A DNA stretch of 64,000 bases from Candidatus Bathyarchaeota archaeon. Its GTDB lineage: Archaea; Thermoproteota; Bathyarchaeia; Bathyarchaeales; Bathycorpusculaceae. This document shows, piece by piece, positions 10,381 to 20,207 of this stretch (position 1 is its first letter; each line of letters opens with the position of its first letter). A program made the position numbers and the translations under genes. The notes under the pieces were generated by a model that saw only the letters and a program-made list of their open reading frames with translations, was not told the origin of the DNA and ran no database searches. Where the stretch lies: the NCBI GenBank assembly GCA_963828195.1, contig CAWHDT010000007.1:160001-224000 (forward strand), in the 5' to 3' direction.

Positions 10381-10611
10381 ATGGTAAAAGCGATAATAAC
10401 GATAGACGAACGGACAAACCGAATCCTCAACATAGTTAAAGCCAAGTATGGTCTCAAAGATAAAAGCCAGGCGATAAACTTGATGGCACAACAATTTGAG
10501 GAATGCGTACTTGAGCCCGAGCTAAGACCGGAGTTCATAGAAAACCTAAAAGCCTCAGAAACAGAAAAAACTGTAAAAGTCAAAGACTTCGCCAGTAGAT
10601 ATTCCAAGTGA
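10381..10611 (+). CDS. Antitoxin (DUF2683-like)
   Basis: NRILNIVKAKYGLKDKSQAIN..EPELRPEF; directly upstream of RelE-like gene. Confidence 0.8.
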   Translation: MVKAIITIDERTNRILNIVKAKYGLKDKSQAINLMAQQFEECVLEPELRPEFIENLKASETEKTVKVKDFASRYSK

Positions 10612-10615
10612 TTGC

Positions 10616-10876
10616 TTGTATTCCTTAGAAGTGGTTGAAAAAGTAGATAGAATATTCAAGAAACTGCGAAAGAAGGATTTGGCACAGTTTGAAGCGCTAT
10701 CTAAAAAGGCAAACGAGATTTTGGAAAATCCTCAGCAATTCAAACCTTTGCGAAGTCCTATGCAGCACATGCGCCGGGTCCATGTGGGTTCATTCGTTCT
10801 TGTGTATGACATAGACGAAGCAAGAAAGGTTGTCACGATAAGACGATATGAACATCATGATACTGTTTACAAATAG
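10616..10876 (+). CDS. RelE/ParE family toxin
   Basis: 86 aa basic protein; RRVHVGSFVLVY, HHDTVYK. Confidence 0.85.
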   Translation: MYSLEVVEKVDRIFKKLRKKDLAQFEALSKKANEILENPQQFKPLRSPMQHMRRVHVGSFVLVYDIDEARKVVTIRRYEHHDTVYK

Positions 10877-10984
10877 GTTTTTTCTAACTAAAGAAGAGCT
10901 AACATGCTTGGTAATGATAACGCTATCGAGGTTTTACCGCTGAAGGTCTTTATTTTAGCCTGCAGATGCCATAGAAACCGAGCC

Positions 10985-11015
10985 GTCGCAGGTTCAAATC
11001 CTGCTCTCCCAACCA
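10985..11015 (+). mobile_element. Orphan tRNA 3'-end fragment (att-like)
   Basis: Perfect T-arm GCAGG-TTCAAAT-CCTGC then acceptor strand and ACCA; no 5' half. Confidence 0.65.
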
Positions 11016-11268
11016 ACTTACCATAGAGTAAAGCGCCTTTTTGGTTTTTAGCTTTAAGGTATTGATTTTTTTCTATGCTTTAGAGCATAACCAGCTTTTC
11101 CGATTTTCAATCTTTTTCTCAGAAATTTCATTGAAATCTCAGCTTAAAAAGCAAGCCAAAAAGATATTGAAAAATTCCCAGTCGCGCCCTTCCAACCTTG
11201 GCAAGCCCTTGTAGTATATGCTTTTAAAGAAAAAACCACTTATCTATTCTTGTGGAGTTGTTGAGATT

Positions 11269-12324
11269 ATGTCACTTCATGAAGCAATGCTTTATGAGAA
11301 GCAAGAGGAAAACAAGGTTAAATGCTGTTTATGCGCCCGCCGATGCCTCATAAGCAATGATGCACGAGGCTTCTGTTTGGTGCGGGAAAACCAAGGCGGC
11401 ACGCTCTACACGCTCAATTACGGCAAAGCGGTGTCAGCGGGCGTTGACCCGATCAGCAAAAAGCCGCTGTCACATTTTAACCCAGGCGCGCTCGTCATGT
11501 CCGTTGCGGCGGCTGGCTGCAACTTCCGCTGTCAATTCTGCGACAACTGGATGATAAGCCAAGAAAAAGAAGTAGCGGGCAGACCTTTCCCGCCTGAGGA
11601 AGTTGTGAAGTCAGCGTTGAACGGAAACTGCCAAGGAATAAGCTACACGTACACTGAACCCACCATCTTCATGGAGTACGCCTACGACACGGCGAAACTT
11701 GCTCGTGAAGCAGGGTTGTTTAACACTTTCGTCACCAACGGGTACATGACTCCCGAAGCTGCAAAAACCATCTCGCCTCTTCTGGATGCGGCTACGGTTG
11801 ATTTTAAAGGCGGCGGCGACCCCGACTTCTACAAGTCAGTCATGGCGGTGCCCAACGTCGAGCATATTTATGAAACTCTAAAAGAGCTAAAGCTGGGCGG
11901 CGTCCACATAGAGATAACTAATCTTGTCGTCCCCAAAATCGGCGATTCAATGGATAGAATAAAACGTATGGCTGCGTGGATCAGAGACTATCTGGGCAAA
12001 GACACGCCGTTTCACCTGCTCCGTTTTCACCCAGACTACAAAATGACCACCATACCCGCCACCCCAGTCGTGGACATGGAGAGAGCATACATGACTGCCA
12101 AACACGAAGGATTAAACTACGTTTACATGGGCAACGTCCCAGGCCACCCCTCAGAAAACACCACCTGCCCAAACTGCAACGAAACCATAATCAAAAGAAA
12201 CAGCTTCGAAATAACCCAGTGGAAACTAACCCCTGACATGCGATGCCCCGTCTGCGGAACACAAATCCCCATAAAAGGCAAAGTATACCAAAACAACCTG
12301 CGATTCCCCTACTCACTATTTTAA
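11269..12324 (+). CDS. AmmeMemoRadiSam radical SAM enzyme
   Basis: CCLCARRC, GCNFRCQFCDNW, SYTYTEP, LLRFHP, CPNC..CPVC. Confidence 0.92.
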   Translation: MSLHEAMLYEKQEENKVKCCLCARRCLISNDARGFCLVRENQGGTLYTLNYGKAVSAGVDPISKKPLSHFNPGALVMSVAAAGCNFRCQFCDNWMISQEKEVAGRPFPPEEVVKSALNGNCQGISYTYTEPTIFMEYAYDTAKLAREAGLFNTFVTNGYMTPEAAKTISPLLDAATVDFKGGGDPDFYKSVMAVPNVEHIYETLKELKLGGVHIEITNLVVPKIGDSMDRIKRMAAWIRDYLGKDTPFHLLRFHPDYKMTTIPATPVVDMERAYMTAKHEGLNYVYMGNVPGHPSENTTCPNCNETIIKRNSFEITQWKLTPDMRCPVCGTQIPIKGKVYQNNLRFPYSLF

Positions 12325-12425
12325 GCACCAAGCAAGCACGCAGATTGGGGTTTTTTGGTCTTTCATTGTTTTTGAATTCTTATCTCTATATGCCGCTAAT
12401 TCTCTTCAGCGCTTGAGACTCTATT

Positions 12426-13400
12426 TTATCCAGAGGCGAGGTAAGTAACTGTGAACCCTGCGCCGTCAGGGGTAACATCAGAGACATCGGCTAGCTGCAC
12501 TTGAGGGCTTCTAGGTGTCATCGAAGAATACATAACTGTTTCACTCCACGGAAAACTACTAATTCCGCCAGTGCCAGCGCCGACAGTTGCAGAGCAGTTT
12601 GTGACAGTTACGTTCCCGAAATTAGCCAACTGCGAAGTTACCCCGTTCACAGAGGGCCTTTCAACTATCCATTCGGCGGACAACTGGCTCGAAGTGTAGT
12701 TAAACGTGTTCTGGAACGACTGATTGCTGGTAGCGTCAGTCACGTTGATGGTCCATTGGTTTGATGTACCGTTCACAAGCTGAATCGAAGCCTGCATCTG
12801 GTCGCCCGGCGAAACATCGATTGAGGTAATGGTGATTGAGGCGTTTGGAAAAAGCTCATACCAAGCAGAATACTCCGCTTGCCCACGGATTGAATCCTGC
12901 TCGGTGCCGCATTGAATAAGAGTGCTGTCGTTTTCAAAATGTCCTCCAATGCCAACCCAGACAGCCGAAAATGTTGGGTTTATCGAGGTCGTAAGGGTTG
13001 GAACTGCCCATGAGGCGTTGACGCTTGTTACGGTGGGCTGAGGGTTTTGCAGGTCGGAGGCTACGATGTAGCCTGCCCAGTTTAGGCTTTGGGTTATGTT
13101 AGTCGTTGGTATCGGAGTTGGGGTTGGGGTCGGTGAAGGAGTAGGCGTTGGAGTTGGGATTGGTGTGGGAAAAGGTGTGGCAGTTGGAATCGGAGTGGGG
13201 GAAGGTGAAGCGATTGGGGTCGGCGTTGGAGAAGGCGTAGCGGTTGGGCTTGGCGTGGGTGTAATCGAAGGTGATGGAGAGGGTTCTACACTGATTTTCA
13301 CTGGTCTCGATTGAAATGCGGCGTATGCTGCAAGAGCTATGAAAACAACAAGTACAACTATCAATGCGGCGAAAACCACTGCTAAAGTTTTTTCTTTCAA
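12426..13400 (-). CDS. Membrane-anchored G1 (A4) glutamic peptidase with Pro/Thr linker
   Basis: N-terminal TM, PT repeats, SLNWAGY, WVGIGG, LIQCGT, SAEWIVERP. Confidence 0.88.
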   Translation of the reverse strand: MKEKTLAVVFAALIVVLVVFIALAAYAAFQSRPVKISVEPSPSPSITPTPSPTATPSPTPTPIASPSPTPIPTATPFPTPIPTPTPTPSPTPTPTPIPTTNITQSLNWAGYIVASDLQNPQPTVTSVNASWAVPTLTTSINPTFSAVWVGIGGHFENDSTLIQCGTEQDSIRGQAEYSAWYELFPNASITITSIDVSPGDQMQASIQLVNGTSNQWTINVTDATSNQSFQNTFNYTSSQLSAEWIVERPSVNGVTSQLANFGNVTVTNCSATVGAGTGGISSFPWSETVMYSSMTPRSPQVQLADVSDVTPDGAGFTVTYLASG

Positions 13401-13598
13401 AGCTGCAATCCTCAGGTGCCGTCTGATAATCGATTAAACTTTTTAACGCTCAGTTCCCTTAAAGCCTTAATCATTTGGTTATGTCTTCTAATCAGCTGTT
13501 ATCCGTAGAAGCTAAGTTTTGACTTAAGGCGCCTACAATACGAATTCGTTTAATAAATAAATTAAGCAAACCCTATTTTTTCCTTGACGAATTGATGA

Positions 13599-13626
13599 TG
13601 GCGGAACTGCTGGGATTTGAACCCGA
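13599..13626 (-). mobile_element. Orphan tRNA 3'-end fragment (att-like)
   Basis: Minus strand CGGGTTCAAATCCCAGCAGTTCCGCCA, about 18 bp past vapC stop. Confidence 0.55.
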
Positions 13627-13643
13627 ATTTTGAAAACACGAAA

Positions 13644-14036
13644 TTACCATTTTTCTGTCTTCAATTCTTTGACTCTCTTAAATGGGGAAATATTGCGTGT
13701 AACCAGCGTCAAACCGTTCTCCACAGCAATTGCAGCTATCATGGCGTCCCTGAAGTCTATTGCTTGTCCTTTGGTCACCAGTTTAGCGGAAATTTCAGCC
13801 GCCTTTCTCGAAGATGAAATGTCTAATGGAAAAACTGTTAGCCTCTCAAGCAGCTTGGAAGCTTGCTTTATGTTTTCTTCTTTTTTCGCCGATTTGTTTG
13901 AGCCAAAATATAGTTCGAATGCATTAACAGATGTTGTTGCTCCTTTAGATTCTTCATCTAAGGCTTCAACTATTGTTCGAGCTTCTTGCTTGCCACGCAA
14001 GATGGCAACAAGCAAGTCACTATCTAGACACTTCAT
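13644..14036 (-). CDS. vapC: VapC PIN-domain toxin
   Basis: MKCLDSD, FELYFG, DAMIAAIA, LVTRN. Confidence 0.92.
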   Translation of the reverse strand: MKCLDSDLLVAILRGKQEARTIVEALDEESKGATTSVNAFELYFGSNKSAKKEENIKQASKLLERLTVFPLDISSSRKAAEISAKLVTKGQAIDFRDAMIAAIAVENGLTLVTRNISPFKRVKELKTEKW

Positions 14037-14256
14037 TTGAGATTCTTTCCTGGATTGCGTGCCAGCCCTTGGAGAGTTCAATTTGAATTGTTTCTTCCTC
14101 TTGGTCAGTCATCTTCCAGGAGCCGAAGCAATCCGCGATTTTTCCAGACTTTTTGGTTATGCGCAGGATAGTATCTGTGAAGCTTTCTTTGTCTGCTTTC
14201 TCAAGGAGTAAGGCTTCGTACGCCTCATCTTTTATTGAAATGGTCTTGGTACCCAT
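14020..14256 (-). CDS. vapB: VapB antitoxin
   Basis: KTISIKDEAYE..ESFTDTILR; overlaps vapC. Confidence 0.88.
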   Translation of the reverse strand: MGTKTISIKDEAYEALLLEKADKESFTDTILRITKKSGKIADCFGSWKMTDQEEETIQIELSKGWHAIQERISNEVSR

Positions 14257-14544
14257 GCTTCATGTATATGTACACGTACACAGATAAGCATTTTGAAATA
14301 AACCAGAACAGAATTGCAGTTCTGAGGGGTGCATTCAAGATTTAATTGCGGTGTACCGCTGAGAATAGACCTAAAAGAGGCAGAACGATCAGCTTGAAAT
14401 CGCAGTCATTGAAGAAAAAGTTGGAAAAGCCCGCAAAACGCTTCAGAATGAACGGCTAACTCGAATTGGGCTTCCGTCGAAATAAGGTGATTCCCAATGC
14501 TAAAGGTTTGCTAAAAAAAGTTGGGAATTGTTTTGTATTTTAGG

Positions 14545-15348
14545 TCAGAAGAGTTCGTCGCTTGCGTACAGAGGTTTTTTGCAGACAGGGCATACGTCTT
14601 CATTGATTTGAATGCTGCTTCCGCAGTGGGGGCATTTCTGGTTCTTTTTGTTTGCGTGAAGTCCCTGCATTTCCTTCATTATTTTTCCGTCTTTGAGCAG
14701 AAGCATTCGCTCTGTGTTGCGTGCAGCTTGACTATCATGAGTGACCATGATTATTGTGGTGCCTTGGGTGAGGTTGAGGTTGGCCAGTAACTTGATGATC
14801 CCCTGCTTATTCTCGCTGTCCAAGTTTCCTGTTGGCTCATCGGCAAGAACAATTGCAGGGTTATTTGCTAACGCGCGTGCAATCGCCACCCGTTGCTGCT
14901 CTCCAGCGCTGAGGCGTTGTGGTCTATGGTCTTCCCTGCCTGACAACCCAACCGTGCCAAGGAGCTCTTTCGCCCTGTCGCTTCTTTCCGCTTTAGATTT
15001 TCCAGCTGCAGCCATCGGCAACTCCACATTTTCCCTAGCATTCAAGTAGGGCAGTAGGTTGAAGCTTTGGAAGACGAAGCCTATTTTGTCTCTGCGAATC
15101 TTGTAGAGTTCAGACTCATGCAGGTTTGCGATGTCAACGTTGTCTAAGAGTACTTTGCCTTTAGTGGGTTTGTCAATGCAGCCTATTACGTTTAGCAATG
15201 TTGTTTTGCCTGAGCCAGACGGACCCATGATCGCCGCAAACTCACCCTTCTTAACCTTCAAGTTAAGGTTGGAGAGAGCTGGAACACTGCGTTTGCCAAG
15301 CATGTAGGTTCTCGATACACCCTCTAGATTTAGCACTAACTCACTCAT
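14545..15348 (-). CDS. ABC transporter ATP-binding protein (LolD/MacB type) with C-terminal Zn ribbon
   Basis: GPSGSGKT, LSAGEQQRV, DEPTGNLD; CPHC..CPVC. Confidence 0.92.
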   Translation of the reverse strand: MSELVLNLEGVSRTYMLGKRSVPALSNLNLKVKKGEFAAIMGPSGSGKTTLLNVIGCIDKPTKGKVLLDNVDIANLHESELYKIRRDKIGFVFQSFNLLPYLNARENVELPMAAAGKSKAERSDRAKELLGTVGLSGREDHRPQRLSAGEQQRVAIARALANNPAIVLADEPTGNLDSENKQGIIKLLANLNLTQGTTIIMVTHDSQAARNTERMLLLKDGKIMKEMQGLHANKKNQKCPHCGSSIQINEDVCPVCKKPLYASDELF

Positions 15349-16816
15349 ACCGCATAGCCTCCGCAGGATTCGTTTTTGAAGCACGCCAAGCCGGATATAG
15401 ACTGCCAAGTGCACCAAGTACCACAGCTGCGCCAAACGCAATCAGCATAAGCTCAGGACTCACCGTGACAACTGGAACTGACGATGCCGCTCCATTCGAG
15501 ATTGTTACTACTGCTCCTGTGGGGACTCCAAGCGAGTTCCCTACTGCAGGAAGTAGCACTTTTGATAGAAATGGTGCAGCAACGGCGCCTATGGCCACTC
15601 CAACTAAGGCAGCGATCAAACTTAGCATGATGCCTTCGAATAGGAATTGGCCCATCACGTTTCCACTGCTGAAACCTATGGCTTTGAGGGTGCCGATTTC
15701 TTTGGTTCGCTCACGCACGGTGTACTGCATTACGAAGAGAACTATGAGGCTTGTAGCTACGATTGCAAGGATGATTTCGACGTAGGCTTGGTTGTTCGTC
15801 TGGTTCATGGTGGCCTTAGCATCAGCTAACTGACTGTTGTACAGTGACTCGATTTGCTGAAGCTGGCTTAAGCGGTCCTGCGCTGTTGAAACGTCGAGTT
15901 CCGGATGCATGGCGCTTATGGCGTTGGACACTGAGGTAACGTCTGCTGTGGTGTCGGCGAACACGTTAAGCTGAGTTATGGTGTCTGTCTGGTTTGTTAT
16001 AGCTTGAGCTTCTGGAAGGCTCATGTAAAGGTCCTGGATATCAGCGCCTGATGGGCTGTAGATGCCTACGACCGTGAAGTTTGTGCCTAAAATATCAACG
16101 GTGCCGCCTACCCCTACTCCGAAGTAAGCAGAGTTGTTCTCGCTCAACAGCACATCGTCGGTGTCTCCAGCCTTCAGATTTGTTCCAGCGGTAATGTTTG
16201 TGGGCAATATTGGATAATTATTAAGTAGCGAAGAATCCAAGGGGACGCCTTCGATGATGTAATTAGGTACTGTGATGGTCAAGCCTGATCCTCCTCCAAT
16301 GACTGTAGCCCCGGCAGGAGGAGTGATTGTTTCGTTATGTCCTTCTGTTACCTGTAAAATTGGCTCAACGGCTGCCACGCCAGAGATTGAACTGTTAACG
16401 TCGTTGTACAGGCTTTCGTTCATAGGTTCTGTGAATCCGCCGCCCAACGCGCCTCCACCAAACTGCCCGCTTGTCTCTATTTGATTGCCGCTACTGCCAC
16501 TGATTGGAGCGCCTCCGATGACTTGTGCGCCGCCGCCAGAGCTAGTGGTGAAACCGAAACCTGATGGAGCGGATGGTGTAAGCCCACATTGTATTTCTGT
16601 TGCCGTCTGGTTGATGGCTGCTGAAGTTTGATTGATGGTGTTTGCGAGCCCGTTTGTCTCGTTTTGTGTGGCTGCTTGATTTGCTGCTATGCCTGCTGGA
16701 ATGACAATCAGTATTGCCATGGAAAAAGCGAGTGCGATGATTACTAGTAGTGCTCTTATTTTTCGTCTTGAAAGATTTCTTAATGCTCTTGTTGTTAGAC
16801 TCAATTTTCTTTTCAC
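15341..16816 (-). CDS. ABC permease, MacB/FtsX family
   Basis: RNLSRRKIR, ERTKEIGTLKAIG, YPAWRAS. Confidence 0.92.
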   Translation of the reverse strand: MKRKLSLTTRALRNLSRRKIRALLVIIALAFSMAILIVIPAGIAANQAATQNETNGLANTINQTSAAINQTATEIQCGLTPSAPSGFGFTTSSGGGAQVIGGAPISGSSGNQIETSGQFGGGALGGGFTEPMNESLYNDVNSSISGVAAVEPILQVTEGHNETITPPAGATVIGGGSGLTITVPNYIIEGVPLDSSLLNNYPILPTNITAGTNLKAGDTDDVLLSENNSAYFGVGVGGTVDILGTNFTVVGIYSPSGADIQDLYMSLPEAQAITNQTDTITQLNVFADTTADVTSVSNAISAMHPELDVSTAQDRLSQLQQIESLYNSQLADAKATMNQTNNQAYVEIILAIVATSLIVLFVMQYTVRERTKEIGTLKAIGFSSGNVMGQFLFEGIMLSLIAALVGVAIGAVAAPFLSKVLLPAVGNSLGVPTGAVVTISNGAASSVPVVTVSPELMLIAFGAAVVLGALGSLYPAWRASKTNPAEAMRYE

Positions 16817-16827
16817 CTTTAATTGTT

Positions 16828-16879
16828 GCTACCATTATTGATAGTAGCATTTATAAATGTTACTATCGCCGATGGTAGC
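16828..16879. promoter_or_regulatory. 52-bp palindrome: two putative BlaI-type operators flanking TTTATAAA
   Basis: GCTACCAT-TATTG-ATAGTAGC ATTTATAAAT GTTACTAT-CGCCG-ATGGTAGC. Confidence 0.75.
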
Positions 16880-16969
16880 TCAAAAAACACGGCAAGACAA
16901 AGCAGCAACAAAAAGAAACTGAAACACTGCACGCTTACCTACTCAACTCCAGGGCAAAAAGTTAAAGAG

Positions 16970-16988
16970 CTACTACCGCCAATGGTAA
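16970..16988. promoter_or_regulatory. Third putative BlaI-type operator upstream of repressor gene
   Basis: CTACTAC-CGCCA-ATGGTAA resembles the 16828-16879 sites. Confidence 0.6.
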
Positions 16989-17003
16989 GGAAGGAAAAGT
17001 TAC

Positions 17004-17471
17004 ATGCCATCAGAGAAAAAAACCGCCAGCTCACAGTATAACGTTGAAGGAAAACAACTCGAAGCGTTTCTAGGCCCGCTGGAAGCAAACATCATCGAAA
17101 CCATATGGGGCTCCAAAAAAAGACCCATAACAGTAAGAGAAGTACTGGAAACACTTCAGAAGAAAAAGAAAATCGCCTACACCACAGTAATGAACACCAT
17201 GGACAGATTGCACGAAAAGGGCCTGCTTGACCGGCGCATAGAAAAAGGCAAAGGCGGCGTCTACTACGTTTACTGGCCAAAACTTGAAGAACAAAACTTC
17301 AAAGAAGCCGCCGTCCGCGAAGTACTGGGCAGCCTGCTTGAAAACTTCGGCGACCTCGTTACCGCGTGCCTTATCGAAAAAGCCGCCGACAACGACGAGC
17401 AACTGAAAAATTTGAAGGCGCAATTAGAAAAAACCCTCAAAGAAAAGAAAAAGAAAAGTGACCAATTATGA
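17004..17471 (+). CDS. BlaI/MecI/CopY family repressor
   Basis: LGPLEANII, AYTTVMNTMDRL..KGLL. Confidence 0.92.
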   Translation: MPSEKKTASSQYNVEGKQLEAFLGPLEANIIETIWGSKKRPITVREVLETLQKKKKIAYTTVMNTMDRLHEKGLLDRRIEKGKGGVYYVYWPKLEEQNFKEAAVREVLGSLLENFGDLVTACLIEKAADNDEQLKNLKAQLEKTLKEKKKKSDQL

Positions 17472-18784
17472 TGCTGAGCCTAAACGATTTTCTAACGCAA
17501 ATCCTTCAACCCTACTTCTTCTACTCAGCAGTTTTTCTCTCATTATCCTTTGTCTGCATCAAAGTTTTCTTGAAACTCAATCCGTCCATAAGCAGAAAAA
17601 TCCAAAGCACAATTTGGCTAATTCCGCTTTTTATTCCGATTTATGTGATGATTTTGTTTCATCCGCAGACCCTGATATCAATGGGGATACCTAAACTACC
17701 TCCAGAAACCTTTGCTTCCGCTTCCGCCGTAACAACTTCAGGCATTGTTATTGGAAAATTTGTCCCCATCAGTGCTTTTTCAGCCACGGGTCTTTTGTGT
17801 CTGGGGGGAGCAGTCGCAGCTGTGGGCTATCTGATTCTCACGGTTGTTTTGGGGCAGAGAATAGCGATGAGGGCATTTCACGTGACTATGATGTACCCTG
17901 AAGAATACGTGTCTCTTCAGGAAAAAGTGAAGGAAATCTCTTTGAAAATCGGGACTCCAGCGCCGAAGGTCGGCATGATTGACGATTTAAGACCTAACGC
18001 GTTTACAGTGGGCTACGGGAAGAAGGCAGTGATAGTTTTCTCGCTGGGCATTTTAAAGATGCTCAACATTGATGAATTAGCCGCGGTGGTTTCTCATGAG
18101 CTCGCCCATGTAAAATCAAGAGATTACCTGTTCAGAAGCCTGTCATACACTTTGAACATCCTTTCCTTTTTTAATCCTTTATCCTATTTCGCTGCGTCTT
18201 CAGCGCAAAGGGAAAGGGAGTTGCTGGCCGACGAGAAAGGCGCCGCTCTGCTTAGCCAACCCAGAGTCATGTCAGAAGTCCTCGCTAAACTTGAAGGGGT
18301 TCTTCAAATGTTTCCCAAAGAACGCTTTGCAGAGAGGCTCTCCGCAAGCTTGTTTCTTGTATCGCCCCTATCCCGCAGGTCAGAAATACTTGCCGCTCAC
18401 CCCCAGATAGCCCAAAGAGTACGTAACATTAATGTGTCTGCATCACGAACTGCGCCAAAACCGACTAAACGAGGCACGGTTGTAGCGTTGTCTCTGATTC
18501 TGATTCTGGCCGCGGCAACAGTGGGATACGGCACGATTGCTCTTCAGACTTCCTTTTCACAAAAAAGCGGCGTCATAGCAGTTAGGGTCAACGGAGCAGG
18601 CCAAATCATAACGGGGCAAACAGGAAACGGGGCTGCTTCAGCAACCATTCTTTCGCCGCCGCCGGGAAGTTTGCTTACGCCAAATTCTGGAGGGTTACCC
18701 TCCCTCCCGCAAGGAAACGCGATACTCATTCAGGGCGGAGTGGGGATTATTCAAAATTGTTCAGAGCCCGAATACCTACCATAA
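17468..18784 (+). CDS. Membrane Zn metallopeptidase (M48/M56, BlaR-like)
   Basis: PNAF, HELAH, ERELLAD, HP..RV; several TMs; coupled to blaI. Confidence 0.88.
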   Translation: MMLSLNDFLTQILQPYFFYSAVFLSLSFVCIKVFLKLNPSISRKIQSTIWLIPLFIPIYVMILFHPQTLISMGIPKLPPETFASASAVTTSGIVIGKFVPISAFSATGLLCLGGAVAAVGYLILTVVLGQRIAMRAFHVTMMYPEEYVSLQEKVKEISLKIGTPAPKVGMIDDLRPNAFTVGYGKKAVIVFSLGILKMLNIDELAAVVSHELAHVKSRDYLFRSLSYTLNILSFFNPLSYFAASSAQRERELLADEKGAALLSQPRVMSEVLAKLEGVLQMFPKERFAERLSASLFLVSPLSRRSEILAAHPQIAQRVRNINVSASRTAPKPTKRGTVVALSLILILAAATVGYGTIALQTSFSQKSGVIAVRVNGAGQIITGQTGNGAASATILSPPPGSLLTPNSGGLPSLPQGNAILIQGGVGIIQNCSEPEYLP

Positions 18785-18955
18785 AATGGCATTTACGGAA
18801 TTCGATTATGCAAAAGTCAGGTTTAATCGCAATAAGATCGTAAGAGAATATACAGATTAAATCATTGGTTTGCTCCGATGGAATTTTAAACCTTAACCGC
18901 GAAGGGTTTTTGTTACTATAATCTGGAGTTCGAATCGCTTTTCCGGTGTCTTTTT

Positions 18956-20200
18956 TTAAAGGACTTGAGCAGTATTAACTTGTGGCAATAACTTTGATTC
19001 TTCAAGAATCTTCTTGAATTCCTTATCTTTTAGCGATTCTTTTTTACCGTTTGCATAAACAGCTTTAACCTGCTTAACCACTGCTGACAAGGCATCATTG
19101 CTTGGGTAGTTGCCTGTTATTTCGATAATTTTATGTTTGACTATGCTTTTGCCAGATTGTTTGCCTATAGTTAAGTGTCGTACGTTACCAACTAGCTCGG
19201 GAGGATACGGTTCATAAGTCCAAGAGTCATTGAGGACGCCGCACGTGTGGATGCCTGATTCGTGTGCGAAGCCATAGTCACCCACGATGGCTTTGTTAAG
19301 TGGAACGACGAAGCCGGTTGCTTTGCTAATGAAGTCTGCCGCCTGTCTGAGCTTTTGAGTTTTTCCCTCGAATTTTTTGATACCGTGATGCAAGTACAGG
19401 TTGAGGACAACTTTCTCGGTTTCCGCATTACCTGCGCGCTCCCCAATGCCCAAATACGTTGTATTTAGGTAGATTTTGTCCCACACTCCTGACGCTGCAC
19501 GTATGGCTGCCATAGTGTTTCCTAAAGCGTTGCCTAAGTCGTCGTGGGCATGAATCTCCAACGCCTTTATTCGAGTTTCTTTCTTGAGTGCAATCACTTT
19601 AGCGGGAATGCCAATTGGCAAAGGTGCGTCCAACTCGGGAAGCCCTATCCCCACTGTATCACAAACACGGTAACACTCTGCACCAGCATCCGCCGCCGCG
19701 TTAACGAATTTCTTTTCGAAAGCCCAATCCGCACGGGTAGCGTCCTCACCGTGAACAAACGTTCGTAACCCATGAGTTTTAGCGGCATATTCTACCACAT
19801 CCACCACATTAGCTAAGAGTTCATCAGTTGTTTTATCAGGCCACTTTGCCTGCAAATGAATATAAGAAACTGGATGCGAGATGCCAACTTCCTGAAAGTC
19901 CAAGTCGATAGCGCTGTCAATATCTTTTTTGACTGCTCTGCACCAGCCAGCAACTCTGCAATCCAGCTTCATACGGTGGATGAGTTTCGCTGCTTTTTTG
20001 TCGGGTTCTTGATAATGAAACAGTTCGATTCGTTCAGCACCTATTTCGCAAAGCAACTGCGCGATTTTTGCGGCGTCTTTAGGTCTAGTAGCTAAGCCGG
20101 GCATTTGCATGCCATCGCGCAGGGTGGTGTCATCGATAATGGGTTCGGTTTTGAGGGCGGGCATTTTGAAGAAAAAGTCGTTCAGTTCCATGCTCATCAC
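18956..20200 (-). CDS. nifV: Homocitrate synthase-like (DRE-TIM), NifV candidate
   Basis: DTTLRDG, CDTVG, HAHDDLG, GIGERAGNA, HESGIH; last gene of the nif operon. Confidence 0.75.
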   Translation of the reverse strand: MMSMELNDFFFKMPALKTEPIIDDTTLRDGMQMPGLATRPKDAAKIAQLLCEIGAERIELFHYQEPDKKAAKLIHRMKLDCRVAGWCRAVKKDIDSAIDLDFQEVGISHPVSYIHLQAKWPDKTTDELLANVVDVVEYAAKTHGLRTFVHGEDATRADWAFEKKFVNAAADAGAECYRVCDTVGIGLPELDAPLPIGIPAKVIALKKETRIKALEIHAHDDLGNALGNTMAAIRAASGVWDKIYLNTTYLGIGERAGNAETEKVVLNLYLHHGIKKFEGKTQKLRQAADFISKATGFVVPLNKAIVGDYGFAHESGIHTCGVLNDSWTYEPYPPELVGNVRHLTIGKQSGKSIVKHKIIEITGNYPSNDALSAVVKQVKAVYANGKKESLKDKEFKKILEESKLLPQVNTAQVL

Positions 20201-20207
20201 CTTGTGT

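Noticed and set aside
13096-13314. (GV)n ORF
   Set aside because: Antisense of the peptidase Pro/Thr linker
10985-13626. Split tRNA genes
   Set aside because: Fragments are short and degenerate, with no visible complementary leader or BHB motif; att scars are more parsimonious
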